In this document: positions 9,858-20,212 of the stretch, piece by piece
How positions within the stretch are numbered: the stretch's first letter is position 1
Layout of the letters: each line of letters opens with the position of its first letter
NCBI GenBank assembly: GCA_963805975.1
Contig: CAWDVR010000003.1
Coordinates: 192,001 to 256,000 of the forward strand
Direction of reading: 5' to 3'
Origin: an uncultured Acidobacteriota bacterium
GTDB lineage: Bacteria > Acidobacteriota > Thermoanaerobaculia > Multivoradales > SZUA-115
Length of the DNA: 64,000 bases
The notes under the pieces: model-generated
The model's input: the letters and a program-made list of their open reading frames with translations, nothing else
The model's database searches: none
What the model was told of the DNA's origin: nothing
Made by a program: the position numbers and the translations under genes

Positions 9858-12095
9858 TCATCCCACCCCGAAGGCCGCTCTCACCTCGGCGAGCGCCCGG
9901 CCGTTGCCGGGCTCGGACCAGGCGGCGAGGATCGCCTCCTTTTCCTGTCGGGTCAGCTTCCAGGAGAGCGGCGCCTCCTTCTCCAGCACGAAGTCGACGC
10001 TCTGCGGCGTGATGCCGAGCTTGGCGGTGAGCTGCTCCATCATCAGCCCGACCTCGGTCGCGTTGCGGCCGCTCTGCGACGGGCCCATGACGTTGAGCAG
10101 CGTGATCACCGGCCCTACCGTGGCGTAGAGCCAGCCGCGGTCCTCGTCGGGGTCGGGGTCGGGCTCGCGGGGCGGGAAGGCTCGGATCTGTACCAGCAGA
10201 AGGCCGCGGCGCTTGATCTCGTCGAGGTCGCGCTCGGCGAGCGAGCTCAGCCAGTGGATGATGGTCGTGATGCCGAAGTTGTCGTAGTAGCCGCCGTCCG
10301 CGAAGTGGTAGGCGGGGGACACGGCCTCCCCTCGTGCCCCCAGGGCGCGGGCGATCGGGCTCACCCAGGGGAAGGTCGCCGACAGGCGGGCGGCGGTCGA
10401 GACCGGCAGGTCGTGCCCGGGGAAGGTGTCGAAAAAGGAGGCCCCGCCACCGGACTTCGGCAGGTCGAGTCCGGTGAGCCAGAAGGGTCTGCCCGCTTCG
10501 ACTGTCGTCGAGTTGAGGACCGCCGCCGGCAGCCAGCCTTCCCGGATGCTCTGCTGCCAACCGGTGAGCGTGGACGGCTCCACACGGCGGGCGGGGACGG
10601 CCCTCTCGAGGTGCTTGCGCCAGGCCTGCTCGAGCGCCCAGCCGCGGTCGCGGGTCTTGTCGCGCAGCAGGAAGCCGATGAACATGCGCCACAAGTCCGG
10701 GTAGGCGAGCCCCCAGGCCGCGGCGTCGAGGCTGGGCTGGGCGGCGGCGTCGACGATCGCCTCGAGCTCGCCCGCCGGCGGGAATCCGGCGCGGATGAAG
10801 CGGTCGAGGAAGAACATGGTGCCCACGCTGCCGCCGGAGGCGGAGCTGATGAGGCGGATGGAGCGCGTGAAGTCGGTTCCCACCTCGGCCTGGAGCGCGG
10901 TGAGCACGCGCGTGGTCCACACCGCGGCCGTGATGCCGCCGCCGCTCGCCGCCACCACCACCACCGGCCGCCGCCTGGCGTCTTGCACGTTCTCGGCGGC
11001 CTGGAACGCTTCGGTAGGCGCCGGAGCCGCGGCGCCCGGGAGGCTCGCCGTGGCGGCGGAGGTGAGAGCCGGCGGCTGCGCCGGCCGCTCACGCGGCGGC
11101 GCGCAGAGGCGAAAGTAGTGATCGGTCCTGAACAGCCAGCTCGACAGGAACGACAGCCCCACGAGCGGCAACAAGGTCGGTACCCGGAAGCGGTCGAGGA
11201 AGAAGGAGGCCCCGGGGAGCGCCCACGCCAGGAGGATGAGGATCAGCAGCATGTTGGCGAGCGCCGGCACGCCGGGGTTGCCCACCCGCACCAGCCGGGC
11301 GTGCGAGACGAAATAGCCCACCCCGTAGAGCAGCAGCGTCAGGCCAACGAAGTTGAGGCCCAGGGAGTGCCCGGCGTAGAGCTTCCGCTGCCATGGATCG
11401 ACGTAGCCCTCCCACACGCTGTCGGGGAGGGCCAGGAGCCGGGGGGCGATCCGGTCGAGCAGACCCTTCTCCGCCCCCTTGCCGGGGATGGCGAACTGGG
11501 TGATCGCGGCCAGCTTGCAGTTCTGCTTGGGCAGCAGCAGCTCCACGTCCTCCGGTGCCGGGCTGCCGAAGCGGATGGCGATCAGCGAGGAGACGTAGAG
11601 GACGGCAAAGGCGGCGGCGAGGCCGAGGGCCACGCCGCCGGCATAGCGCCCGGCGCGCGCGTAGGCCCTCTCCTCCTCGGGCGCGCCCTCGGTGAGCGAC
11701 ACCTTGAGCACCGAGGCGATCAACGGTACGGCGAGCAGCACGGCGGCGACGAAGCGGTAGCAGGCGACCCACTCGGGCACCACGATCGGCGGGGCGGCGA
11801 AGCGACTCTGGGCGTGGCGCAGGATGAGCTCGCAGGTGATCACCACGGCGCCGCTCGCCAGCAGGGCGAGCAGGGTCACGACGATGGTGCCGCGCCAGGA
11901 GAGGGCGAAGAGGTTCTTGAACAGCGACGGCACCACCCAGAGTGACAAGGGCCCCAGGCTCAGGAGCACCAGGGCCATCAGCAGGGGGTAGCGGGCGAAG
12001 AAGAGGTACTGGAGGAGCGGCCAGCGCTGCTGCCCGGCGAGGAGCAGGCCCAGCGCGACCACGAGACCGAAGACGATGACCAGCTTGGTGCGCAA
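9858..12095 (-). CDS. Membrane-anchored patatin-like phospholipase
   Basis: Multiple N-terminal TM segments; ASGGGITAA oxyanion loop, SSASGGS nucleophile, RLSATFPWVSP, DGGYYDNFG. Confidence 0.85.
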   Translation of the reverse strand: MRTKLVIVFGLVVALGLLLAGQQRWPLLQYLFFARYPLLMALVLLSLGPLSLWVVPSLFKNLFALSWRGTIVVTLLALLASGAVVITCELILRHAQSRFAAPPIVVPEWVACYRFVAAVLLAVPLIASVLKVSLTEGAPEEERAYARAGRYAGGVALGLAAAFAVLYVSSLIAIRFGSPAPEDVELLLPKQNCKLAAITQFAIPGKGAEKGLLDRIAPRLLALPDSVWEGYVDPWQRKLYAGHSLGLNFVGLTLLLYGVGYFVSHARLVRVGNPGVPALANMLLILILLAWALPGASFFLDRFRVPTLLPLVGLSFLSSWLFRTDHYFRLCAPPRERPAQPPALTSAATASLPGAAAPAPTEAFQAAENVQDARRRPVVVVAASGGGITAAVWTTRVLTALQAEVGTDFTRSIRLISSASGGSVGTMFFLDRFIRAGFPPAGELEAIVDAAAQPSLDAAAWGLAYPDLWRMFIGFLLRDKTRDRGWALEQAWRKHLERAVPARRVEPSTLTGWQQSIREGWLPAAVLNSTTVEAGRPFWLTGLDLPKSGGGASFFDTFPGHDLPVSTAARLSATFPWVSPIARALGARGEAVSPAYHFADGGYYDNFGITTIIHWLSSLAERDLDEIKRRGLLLVQIRAFPPREPDPDPDEDRGWLYATVGPVITLLNVMGPSQSGRNATEVGLMMEQLTAKLGITPQSVDFVLEKEAPLSWKLTRQEKEAILAAWSEPGNGRALAEVRAAFGVG

Positions 12096-12154
12096 CGGCG
12101 CCGAGTTTGGCTGCGCTCGGCGCCGTGCGTCAAGCTATGGCGCGCCCTCGCGGT

Positions 12155-15100
12155 TCAGTTGTTCTGCGCGCCGTCGTCGATCCACTGGACGATGTCGCCT
12201 TGGTCGTCGCCGCTCATGCCGCCGGCGGGCGGCGGCATCGGGTCGCCGCAGTCCACGCCGCCCGGGTTCGGCAGGTCGGAGCAAGGCAGGCCGCCCAGGT
12301 TCCCTGCCACTTTGTTGACCAGATAGCTCTGGCCCGAGTTGCCGGCCACGATGCGCTTGCGGTTGTTGAGCAGCTCCTGCGCGTTGATGCCCACCGTGGT
12401 CCCGTGCGTGTTGCCCGCCGAGAGGTCCATGTTGATCTGGGTGAAGTTCGGCGGGTTGGAGTGGCAGCCGGAGCAGCCGTTGTTGTCCAGGATCACCTGC
12501 ACGTCGCCGAGCGTCACCGGCGGCTCGAGCAGGTCGTCGTCGGGATCAGCCGGCGGCGCGCAGAGGCCACCGAGCGACACGACCTGGCCTTCCGCGGCGA
12601 GGGCAGGCTCCACCACACCGTCGAGGAACGTCTTGAAGCGCGCCGGCTGGAAGGGGAAGATTGCCGGCTGGCCGACGTCGAAGCTCCCCCAGAAGCGGTT
12701 GTAGGTGGCGAAGGCGTGCGGCATCACGCGCTGCGCGCAGACCCGCGTGTTGGCCAGGGTCGCGATGCCGCCCTCGTCGGTGCGCGTGAGCCAGGGAGTG
12801 GCCTGGTGCATGCGGATGTCCTTGACGTGGCCGAGGCCGTCGTCCTCGAGCGGACGCGAGGAGTGGCAGACGCGGCACGCCGGCTTGACGACGTTCAAAT
12901 ACATGTCGCGATGGGCGTCGTTGAGGTTCCAGCCGGGAACGACGACGTTCTCGTCCTGGAGATCCGGGTCGGCGTCGTACCACTCGGTGATCAGCTCCTC
13001 GGTCACCTCGCCGGGCTCGGTGTCGACCACCATCTCGTTCAGCTCCGCGAACTCGAGCTGTTGGTCTCCCTTGGTGAAGTCGGCCGCCACGCCGCCGCCG
13101 GTGAGCACGTAGCCGTGGAGGTCGAAGGGCAGCATCACCGAGCCGAGCTTGACGTTCTCGTTGAGATCCGCGTCGCCGTCGTTGTCCTCGAAGCCCGGCA
13201 CGCCGAGGGTCGGCCCTGCGGGGTAAATGCCGCCGTGGCAGACCATGCAGAGCTGCGGGATCGGCCGCTGGCCGCGGTTGTCGAGGTCGGCGAAGAAGAG
13301 GGGCTGGCCGTCCTTGCCGTAGACGTAGAACTTGATCACCCGCTGGTTGTCGGTGAACGTGACAGGCGCGTTGGGGTCGTTGGGGTCGGCGCCGGCGTCG
13401 GGGTCGAAGGCATTGAAGGGCACGGCCGGCGGGTCCTCGATGCGCGACCACTCCATGGCCACCGTGGCCACCAGTTCGTTGACGTCCTGCTCGGCCGCGT
13501 CCTCGAAGTCGCCCTCGTCGCCGGTGTCGTACTTTCCGTAGTTGGAGACGTAGAAGGCGATGTCGAACTGGCCGTCGGAGGCCAGCGTGCGCTTGCCGTG
13601 CATGTCGCGGCCGAAGCCTAAGTCCACGGCGTTGGCGTAGGCGGCCCGCACCTCGTCCTCGGCACCGTAGTTGTTCTGCACCGGCAGGTTGCCCTCCGGG
13701 TCGAAGTCGTTGGTCTCCTTGAACTGGGTGAAGTCGCGGCGCAGGCCGCGGGGGTCGATGGCGCCGTAGTAGTCGATCGTCGCCTGCACCAGCGGCTGGT
13801 CGAGGTCGACGTCCGCGGCCAGCTCGCCGAGGTTGGTGGCGAAGAACGAGTACAGGCCGTGCAGGAAAGCGTCCTCGCCAGGCACCGGCGCCTCCACCTC
13901 GCGCAGCACCACCTTGGCCTCGCACTCGAAGTAGTTGGGCGCCGTCGGCGTGCCGGTCTGCGCCCCGCCGGTGTTGACCGTGAAGACGCCGTAGGGGATG
14001 CCGCCGCCGGGCTGCGGCTGGTAGGCGGTCAAGGTGATCTCGGTGTCGTTGGGCAGGTTGACGATCGCCCAGTACTCGTCGTTGGCCGGGATCTGCTCGT
14101 CGCGCACCCGCGGCGCCTGGCCGGCGCCGAGCGGCACCACCACCTCGACGCGGAACGGCACGGGCAGGCCCTCGCTCTTGAAGCGCACGCAGGACTGGCC
14201 CTGCTTGAGCACGTCGGTGTTGATGGTCGAGAAGTGCTTCACGTCCGCCTCGTAGAAGCGGCCCGTGGCATCGAGCTGGAGCGTGCCCTCGGCCTTCCAC
14301 ACCCCGGAGCTCGGCACGTACACCAGGCGCGGGATGGAGGGCGGGATCACGCCGCCGGCCGCGAGCTGCACGTCGGCCACCGGAATGCGCAGCCTGGCCG
14401 TGGCGCCGGGCCTCATGTTGTAGCTCTTGCCGCCGGCTGCGATGTCGACCGAGCCGGCGCCGTAGCTGATCATCCACTGCGGCGTGCTGGAGCCGTCGGT
14501 GGCGGAATAGTCGCCGGGCATCGAGTCCGGGTCGAGGAGGTCCACGGTGCCCACCGCCACCTCGACGTTGGTTCCGGGGGGCGGCGGGTTGCCGTTCTGG
14601 TCGACCAGCGAGTTGGCGGGGATCACGACCTCGGTGCCCGGGCCGCACTCGCGGCGCCGGCGCTGCTCGAGCACCTGGCGGGGTAGGGGCGGGCGCGGGT
14701 TCTCCTTGCCGATCCCGACGATGTTGCCCTTGCCGTCCTGCACGCGCGGCCGCTGGCGCTGGCCGAAGATCTTCCAATCGATCTCGGCGCTCGCCGGGAT
14801 AGCGCAGCCGGCCCGCTTGCGCGAGTCGTCCCGCACGCGGATGTCGAGCGTCGGGTTGGCGCTCGTCACGGTCACCGGGCCCATGGTCCAGCGCCCGGCG
14901 GAGATCCCGGAGCGGTAGACGTGCGAGACCAGGGCGAACCCCCACTTGGTGAGGTTCAGCACATAGCGCTCCCGCGGCTCGACCGCGAGCTTGAAGTAGC
15001 CCCGCGCGTCGGTCTTGGTGGCCTTGCCGTTGATCTCGACGCGCACCGCGCCGAGCGGGCTGCCGGCGCGGTCGGCCACACGGCCGGAGAAGGAGGTCGA

Positions 15101-16195
15101 GTCCTGGCCCACGTTGAGGGTCAGCTTGGTCTTGTCGTAGCCGCCCTTGCCGTCGGAAGCCACGGCGTAGACGGTGTAGGCGCCGGGGGTCGCCGGCAGC
15201 TCCCAAGCCACGGCCGGGCCGGTGGCGGAGGAGAGGCTGCCGGCGCCGCCCTCGAGCGTCCACGAGATCTCGACGGGATCGCCGTCCGGGTCGGGAGCGT
15301 CGATCGAGAGATTCACGATCTCGCCGGGACCGGGCGTCAGCGTGTCGACCCCGGCGACCGAAGAAACCAAGTCGCCGATCACCGGCGCGCGGTTGCGCAT
15401 CTCGATGTCGACCCGGTGGTGGGCGCGGGTGGCGAGCCGGCGGCCGTGGATGCCGCGCTCGGTGCGCCCGTTCTCGATCACCGCCGCGAGCTTGAACAGG
15501 GCTTTCGAGTCGACGCCCACGGCGGGGACGATGTACTCGCCGAAGTTATTGACCGGCACGCGGTCGAAGGTGCGCCCGCCGCCGTCGATCGCCTCGACGA
15601 CGGCGAAGCGGTTCAGATCGGCCATCGGCTCGAAGAGGCGGGTGACGTCGCCGTCGCGCCGCTGCACCTCGCCCCACACCGACACCCGGCGCTTGCCGTC
15701 GATGTCGGGGCGGATGGGGAGGGTGCCGACATTGATCGGCCGCGACAGGGCGATGATGGGCTTCGCGAGGCACTCGGACCGGAACCCCGTCCGCTGCCAG
15801 CAGAGCTTGTATTTGCCTGCCTTCTGCGGCCCGAAGTTGAAGCGGCCGGAGAGATCGGTCTCCACCGTCCCGAGCTTCTTGCCACCGGTGGTGACCAGCG
15901 TCACCTTGATGCCGGGCACGAAGATCTCTCGGCTGGGCAGGGCGACCGCCGACGGCGTCGTATCCTGGCCGCCGCCGACACGCGCCGCGAGGTAGCCGCG
16001 GACGTATTTCGCGCCCTGCGGGCGGAGTGCCGGCCCAGCCGGCCTCCCCGGCGGCTGGCCCCCGAGCGGCCCTTGGCCAGAGACCAGGGCGGCGAACAAG
16101 AGCGCGGTGCCGATGCCGGCCGCCCAAGCGCCGGCCTTCAGGGACACTCTGGTCAGGGTAGAGAACCGGCGCGGACGGGGGGCGGAAGGGCGCAT
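12155..16195 (-). CDS. 1346-aa secreted modular protein with beta-sandwich/Ig domains and three CxxCH heme-binding motifs
   Basis: Signal peptide; carboxypeptidase-regulatory-like and Ig/PKD-like (DPDGDP..W, ASDGKGG) segments; CMVCH (13235-13249), CRVCH (12863-12877), CSGCH (12461-12475); C-terminal MPP...IVQWIDDGA. Confidence 0.8.
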   Translation of the reverse strand: MRPSAPRPRRFSTLTRVSLKAGAWAAGIGTALLFAALVSGQGPLGGQPPGRPAGPALRPQGAKYVRGYLAARVGGGQDTTPSAVALPSREIFVPGIKVTLVTTGGKKLGTVETDLSGRFNFGPQKAGKYKLCWQRTGFRSECLAKPIIALSRPINVGTLPIRPDIDGKRRVSVWGEVQRRDGDVTRLFEPMADLNRFAVVEAIDGGGRTFDRVPVNNFGEYIVPAVGVDSKALFKLAAVIENGRTERGIHGRRLATRAHHRVDIEMRNRAPVIGDLVSSVAGVDTLTPGPGEIVNLSIDAPDPDGDPVEISWTLEGGAGSLSSATGPAVAWELPATPGAYTVYAVASDGKGGYDKTKLTLNVGQDSTSFSGRVADRAGSPLGAVRVEINGKATKTDARGYFKLAVEPRERYVLNLTKWGFALVSHVYRSGISAGRWTMGPVTVTSANPTLDIRVRDDSRKRAGCAIPASAEIDWKIFGQRQRPRVQDGKGNIVGIGKENPRPPLPRQVLEQRRRRECGPGTEVVIPANSLVDQNGNPPPPGTNVEVAVGTVDLLDPDSMPGDYSATDGSSTPQWMISYGAGSVDIAAGGKSYNMRPGATARLRIPVADVQLAAGGVIPPSIPRLVYVPSSGVWKAEGTLQLDATGRFYEADVKHFSTINTDVLKQGQSCVRFKSEGLPVPFRVEVVVPLGAGQAPRVRDEQIPANDEYWAIVNLPNDTEITLTAYQPQPGGGIPYGVFTVNTGGAQTGTPTAPNYFECEAKVVLREVEAPVPGEDAFLHGLYSFFATNLGELAADVDLDQPLVQATIDYYGAIDPRGLRRDFTQFKETNDFDPEGNLPVQNNYGAEDEVRAAYANAVDLGFGRDMHGKRTLASDGQFDIAFYVSNYGKYDTGDEGDFEDAAEQDVNELVATVAMEWSRIEDPPAVPFNAFDPDAGADPNDPNAPVTFTDNQRVIKFYVYGKDGQPLFFADLDNRGQRPIPQLCMVCHGGIYPAGPTLGVPGFEDNDGDADLNENVKLGSVMLPFDLHGYVLTGGGVAADFTKGDQQLEFAELNEMVVDTEPGEVTEELITEWYDADPDLQDENVVVPGWNLNDAHRDMYLNVVKPACRVCHSSRPLEDDGLGHVKDIRMHQATPWLTRTDEGGIATLANTRVCAQRVMPHAFATYNRFWGSFDVGQPAIFPFQPARFKTFLDGVVEPALAAEGQVVSLGGLCAPPADPDDDLLEPPVTLGDVQVILDNNGCSGCHSNPPNFTQINMDLSAGNTHGTTVGINAQELLNNRKRIVAGNSGQSYLVNKVAGNLGGLPCSDLPNPGGVDCGDPMPPPAGGMSGDDQGDIVQWIDDGAQNN

Positions 16196-16364
16196 GATCT
16201 GCCTCCGTTGGTGGAGCCATCGCGGCAGTCCACGGCGGGCCGATGGGCTGCCTCACGGCAGTGTGGTCTGGAGAGCTTTGGCGCCAGGCGGAGAGCTTTC
16301 GTTACCGGCGCCGTCGTCGCGCTACGATCCAGGGGCGATCACAGACCTGTACGCGGAGGCTCTC

Positions 16365-16430
16365 GTGAGCACCACTACGCTTTACCGTCCGGTGGGACCC
16401 AAGGGGCTTGCCCTTATTGAAGCGGGCGAG
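16365..16430 (+). pseudogene. N-terminal remnant of a small protein of the family usually annotated ADP-ribosylation/crystallin J1
   Basis: GGAGG RBS then GTG-STTTLYRPVGPKGLALIEAG, matching the family start (TLYRPVG.KEL.LI) as I recall it; similarity is lost after ~21 codons. Confidence 0.5.
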
Positions 16431-16528
16431 CTGGCGCGAGTGCCTCTAAGCCGTGACGTCCTGATCGCTCGGCAGCCAGCTACCCACCGGCCCGGCGCAC
16501 GCAGACCGGAGGCCCGTGGCCTCTGGCG

Positions 16529-16855
16529 TTAGAGGTCTGCGTCCGGTGCTCCGCTTTGGCGCTTCCACAGGCGCGAGAGATCGCGGGCACCGTGGACGAA
16601 GGCGACTACCCAGATCATCTGTGGACCGACCTTGTAGATGAGTCGATAGCTCTTGACGAAGAGCTCGCGGGTATCTGGGGAGCTGGCCTCGGGAACCAGG
16701 CGGCCCCGGTCGGCCAGGGTCCTCAGAGACTTCGCAGCCGTTCTTGCTTCTCGCACCAAGGCCATCGCGTAAAACCGCGAGTCTCTGGCGATGAAGTCAG
16801 CGGCTTCCGCGAGATCCTCGGTGGCCGCTTCGGTCCACCTTACGGCTCGAGCCAC
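16529..16855 (-). CDS. RelE/ParE family type II toxin
   Basis: V.WT..A..DL....FIARDS, GR.VPE, RELFVKSYRLIY, FVHGARDL. Confidence 0.9.
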   Translation of the reverse strand: MARAVRWTEAATEDLAEAADFIARDSRFYAMALVREARTAAKSLRTLADRGRLVPEASSPDTRELFVKSYRLIYKVGPQMIWVVAFVHGARDLSRLWKRQSGAPDADL

Positions 16856-17028
16856 ACTTTCATCCGCTGATCGAACTCGTCCTCGGACAGGGTATGGCCG
16901 TGCTCGATGTCTGAGAGGCCGCGATCGATCTTCTGGCGGACGTAGATGTGGTACTGGATGTCCTCGAGCGAGGCGTCCTCGGGCAGCCCCTCGAGGATCT
17001 GCATCACCTCGGCCTTGGCAGCACTCAT
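16840..17028 (-). CDS. Cognate antitoxin of the ParE-like toxin
   Basis: 62 aa acidic; LPEDASLEDIQYHIYVRQKIDRGL.D...G; overlaps the toxin start. Confidence 0.85.
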   Translation of the reverse strand: MSAAKAEVMQILEGLPEDASLEDIQYHIYVRQKIDRGLSDIEHGHTLSEDEFDQRMKVWLEP

Positions 17029-17053
17029 GGTTGGATCCTATCCCAGGCGCCCC

Positions 17054-17620
<567 letters not shown>

Positions 17621-17676
17621 GACGCCCTGTCCTTTCTCGCCGGAGGGGTTCTGCCGACTCCGGTATTCTAGCGGCA

Positions 17677-18243
17677 GTGCTGCGCCTCGTCCTCCAGGTC
17701 CTGACCTTCGCCTGGCCGATCTCCGAGATCGCGCTGGCCTTCCGCTTGCGCGCCAGGGGCAAGGCCGCGAGGCTCACCGACCGCGGCTCGACGGTGCTGC
17801 TGCTGGTGGTGATCATCGCCGCCCTGGCCGTGGCGCCCGCTCTCCGCCACTATCCGCCGACGCGGATCGAGCCCGTGGGCATCGCTCTCGACGCTCTCGC
17901 CCTCGTCTGCCTGCTGGCCGGCGTGGCGCTCCGCTGGTCGGCCATCCTCACCCTGGGAAGGCTCTTCACCGTCAACGTGGCGATCGACCGCGATCATTCG
18001 CTGATCCTGGTCGGGCCGTTCCGCTGGGTCCGTCACCCGGCCTACTCGGGGCTGCTCCTCGCCTTCCTCGGGGTTGGCCTGTCGCTCCACAACTGGCTGA
18101 GCCTGGCGGTCGTCATGGTGCCGATCTCGCTCGCGCTGCTCTACCGCATCACGGTCGAGGAGCGGGCGCTGCGCGAACGCTTCGGCGAGTCCTACGAGCG
18201 CTACGCGGCGCGCACCTACCGGCTGGTGCCGGGGGTCTATTGA
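17677..18243 (+). CDS. Isoprenylcysteine carboxyl methyltransferase family membrane protein
   Basis: TM helices; LG..FT..V, H.L...GPFRWVRHPAYSG, EERAL..FG..Y..Y..RT.RLVP. Confidence 0.92.
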   Translation: MLRLVLQVLTFAWPISEIALAFRLRARGKAARLTDRGSTVLLLVVIIAALAVAPALRHYPPTRIEPVGIALDALALVCLLAGVALRWSAILTLGRLFTVNVAIDRDHSLILVGPFRWVRHPAYSGLLLAFLGVGLSLHNWLSLAVVMVPISLALLYRITVEERALRERFGESYERYAARTYRLVPGVY

Positions 18244-18310
18244 CCTCGCCCGGCGAGAACCCTGGACGCCGGGAGGCGTAGTAGCCGTAGAAACAGCCGC
18301 GGGAGAAAAA

Positions 18311-20212
18311 ATGAAGCTTCGCAAGCACCTCGCTCTCGCCTTCCTCGTCCTGGCCTCCCTTGAGGCTCGGGGAGACGACGAGGAAGACAAGGAAAAAGTC
18401 ATCCCGCAGACGCTGGCCGAGCTCGAGAGCGAGATCGGCAAGGTGCTCGCCGAGTCGAAGACGCCGGGCGTCGGGGTCACCCTGGTGTCGCGGGATGCGG
18501 TGCTCTGGACCGCCGGGATCGGCATCGCCGACGTCGCCTCGGGCCGGCCGGCCACGCCCGAGACCCTGTTCCGCATCGGCTCGATCTCGAAAGGTTTCGT
18601 CGCCCTCTCGGTGCTGGCGCTGGTCGAGGAGGGGCGCCTGGCGCTCGACGACACCGTGCGCTCGCTGGTGCCGGAAGTGGGCTTCGAGAACCGCTGGGAG
18701 GCGACCGACCCGGTGCGCGTCGTCCATCTGCTCGAGCACACGGCGGGCTTCGACGACATCCACCTGCGCGAGTACGCGCTGTCCGAGCCGGCGATCACGC
18801 TCGCCGACGCCCTGGCCTTCGATCCCAAGAGCCGGGTCTCGCGCTGGCGGCCCGGCACCCGCACCTCCTACTGCAACTCCGGCCCGCCGATCGCCGCGCG
18901 CATCGTGGGAAAGCTCACCGGTGTGCCCTTCGAGCAGTTCGTCGCAGAGCGCTTCTTCACGCCGCTCGGCATGAGGACCGCCACTTACTTCGAGACCGAG
19001 GCGGCGAAGCCGCTCCTCGCCACCCTCTACCAGGACGACGGCAAGACGCCGTTTCCCTACTGGCACATCTCGCTCCGGCCCTCGGGCAGCATCAACGCCT
19101 CGGCGGCGGAGATGGCGAACTACGTGCGCTTCTATCTCGGGCGCGGCACCTTCGAGGGCCGGACACTGCTCCAGCCGGCGTCGATCGAGCGCATGGAGAC
19201 TCCCGCCACCAACTGGGCCTCCCGCGCGGGCCTCACCACCGGCTACGCGCTCAACAACTACACCACCCTGAGCCACGGCTTCGTCTTCCACGGCCACAAC
19301 GGCGGCGTCAACGGCGGCCTGGCGGAGATGGCCTACCTGCCGGAGGCGGGGCTGGGCTACGCCTTCGCGATCAACAGCGGCAACGGCGAAGCCTTCGGCG
19401 ACATCGGCACCCTGGTTCGCAACTACCTCACCCGCGATCTGGCCAAGCCACCGGTACCCGCTTCAGCCGCCGTGCCCGCCGAGCTGGCGGCACGGTTCTC
19501 CGGCTACTACCGGCCGGCGAGCCCGCGCCAGGAAGCGCTCCGCTTCGCCGAGCGGCTGCTCGGCACGGCGAAGGTCGGGGTCACGGCGGACGGCCTGACG
19601 CTCTCCCAGCTCTTCGAGGCGCCGCGGCGGTACGCGGCGGTCTCCGAGCGTTTGTTCCGCGCCCTGGCGAGAGAGGGGGAGGCGGAGGAGGACCGCGCCG
19701 CCTCTCTGGCGCTGATCGAGGACCCCGAGGAAGGTCTCTTCGTGCAGACGGCCGGCAGCACCTTCGCGAGAGCCTCCGGCATCGCGATCTGGCTCGAGCG
19801 CCTGGTGGCGGTGGCCGCGGTGGCGCTCCTGCTCTCGGCGCCGCTCTTCGCCCTGGTGTGGGTGCCGCGCGCGCTCTTCGGTCGCCTGCGGGGCCTGCGC
19901 ACGCTGGTCGTGCGGGCGGTGCCGCTCCTCGCCGTCCTGTGCTTCCTGGGGCTGGGGCTGCTCCTCGTCGCGGCCTCGGCCGACGCCATCCCGCGGCTCG
20001 GCAAGGTCACCTTCTGGTCCGTCGGCGTGACCGTGCTCTCGGTGATCTTCGCCTTCTTCTCTCTCCTCGGCCTGGGCCTCGCCGCGCGCGCGCCGGCGGG
20101 GGAGATGAACCGCTGGGCCCGGCGCTACTGCCTGGCCCTCTCCGCGGCCAACGTGACCGTCGCCGCCTACCTCGCGTATTTCGGCTGGATCGGAGTGAGA
20201 ACGTGGACCTGA
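18311..20212 (+). CDS. Serine hydrolase (class C beta-lactamase/peptidase S12 family) with C-terminal TM segments
   Basis: FRIGSISK (SxxK), LLEHTAG, YCN (YxN), GHNGG; four hydrophobic helices at the C-terminus. Confidence 0.9.
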   Translation: MKLRKHLALAFLVLASLEARGDDEEDKEKVIPQTLAELESEIGKVLAESKTPGVGVTLVSRDAVLWTAGIGIADVASGRPATPETLFRIGSISKGFVALSVLALVEEGRLALDDTVRSLVPEVGFENRWEATDPVRVVHLLEHTAGFDDIHLREYALSEPAITLADALAFDPKSRVSRWRPGTRTSYCNSGPPIAARIVGKLTGVPFEQFVAERFFTPLGMRTATYFETEAAKPLLATLYQDDGKTPFPYWHISLRPSGSINASAAEMANYVRFYLGRGTFEGRTLLQPASIERMETPATNWASRAGLTTGYALNNYTTLSHGFVFHGHNGGVNGGLAEMAYLPEAGLGYAFAINSGNGEAFGDIGTLVRNYLTRDLAKPPVPASAAVPAELAARFSGYYRPASPRQEALRFAERLLGTAKVGVTADGLTLSQLFEAPRRYAAVSERLFRALAREGEAEEDRAASLALIEDPEEGLFVQTAGSTFARASGIAIWLERLVAVAAVALLLSAPLFALVWVPRALFGRLRGLRTLVVRAVPLLAVLCFLGLGLLLVAASADAIPRLGKVTFWSVGVTVLSVIFAFFSLLGLGLAARAPAGEMNRWARRYCLALSAANVTVAAYLAYFGWIGVRTWT

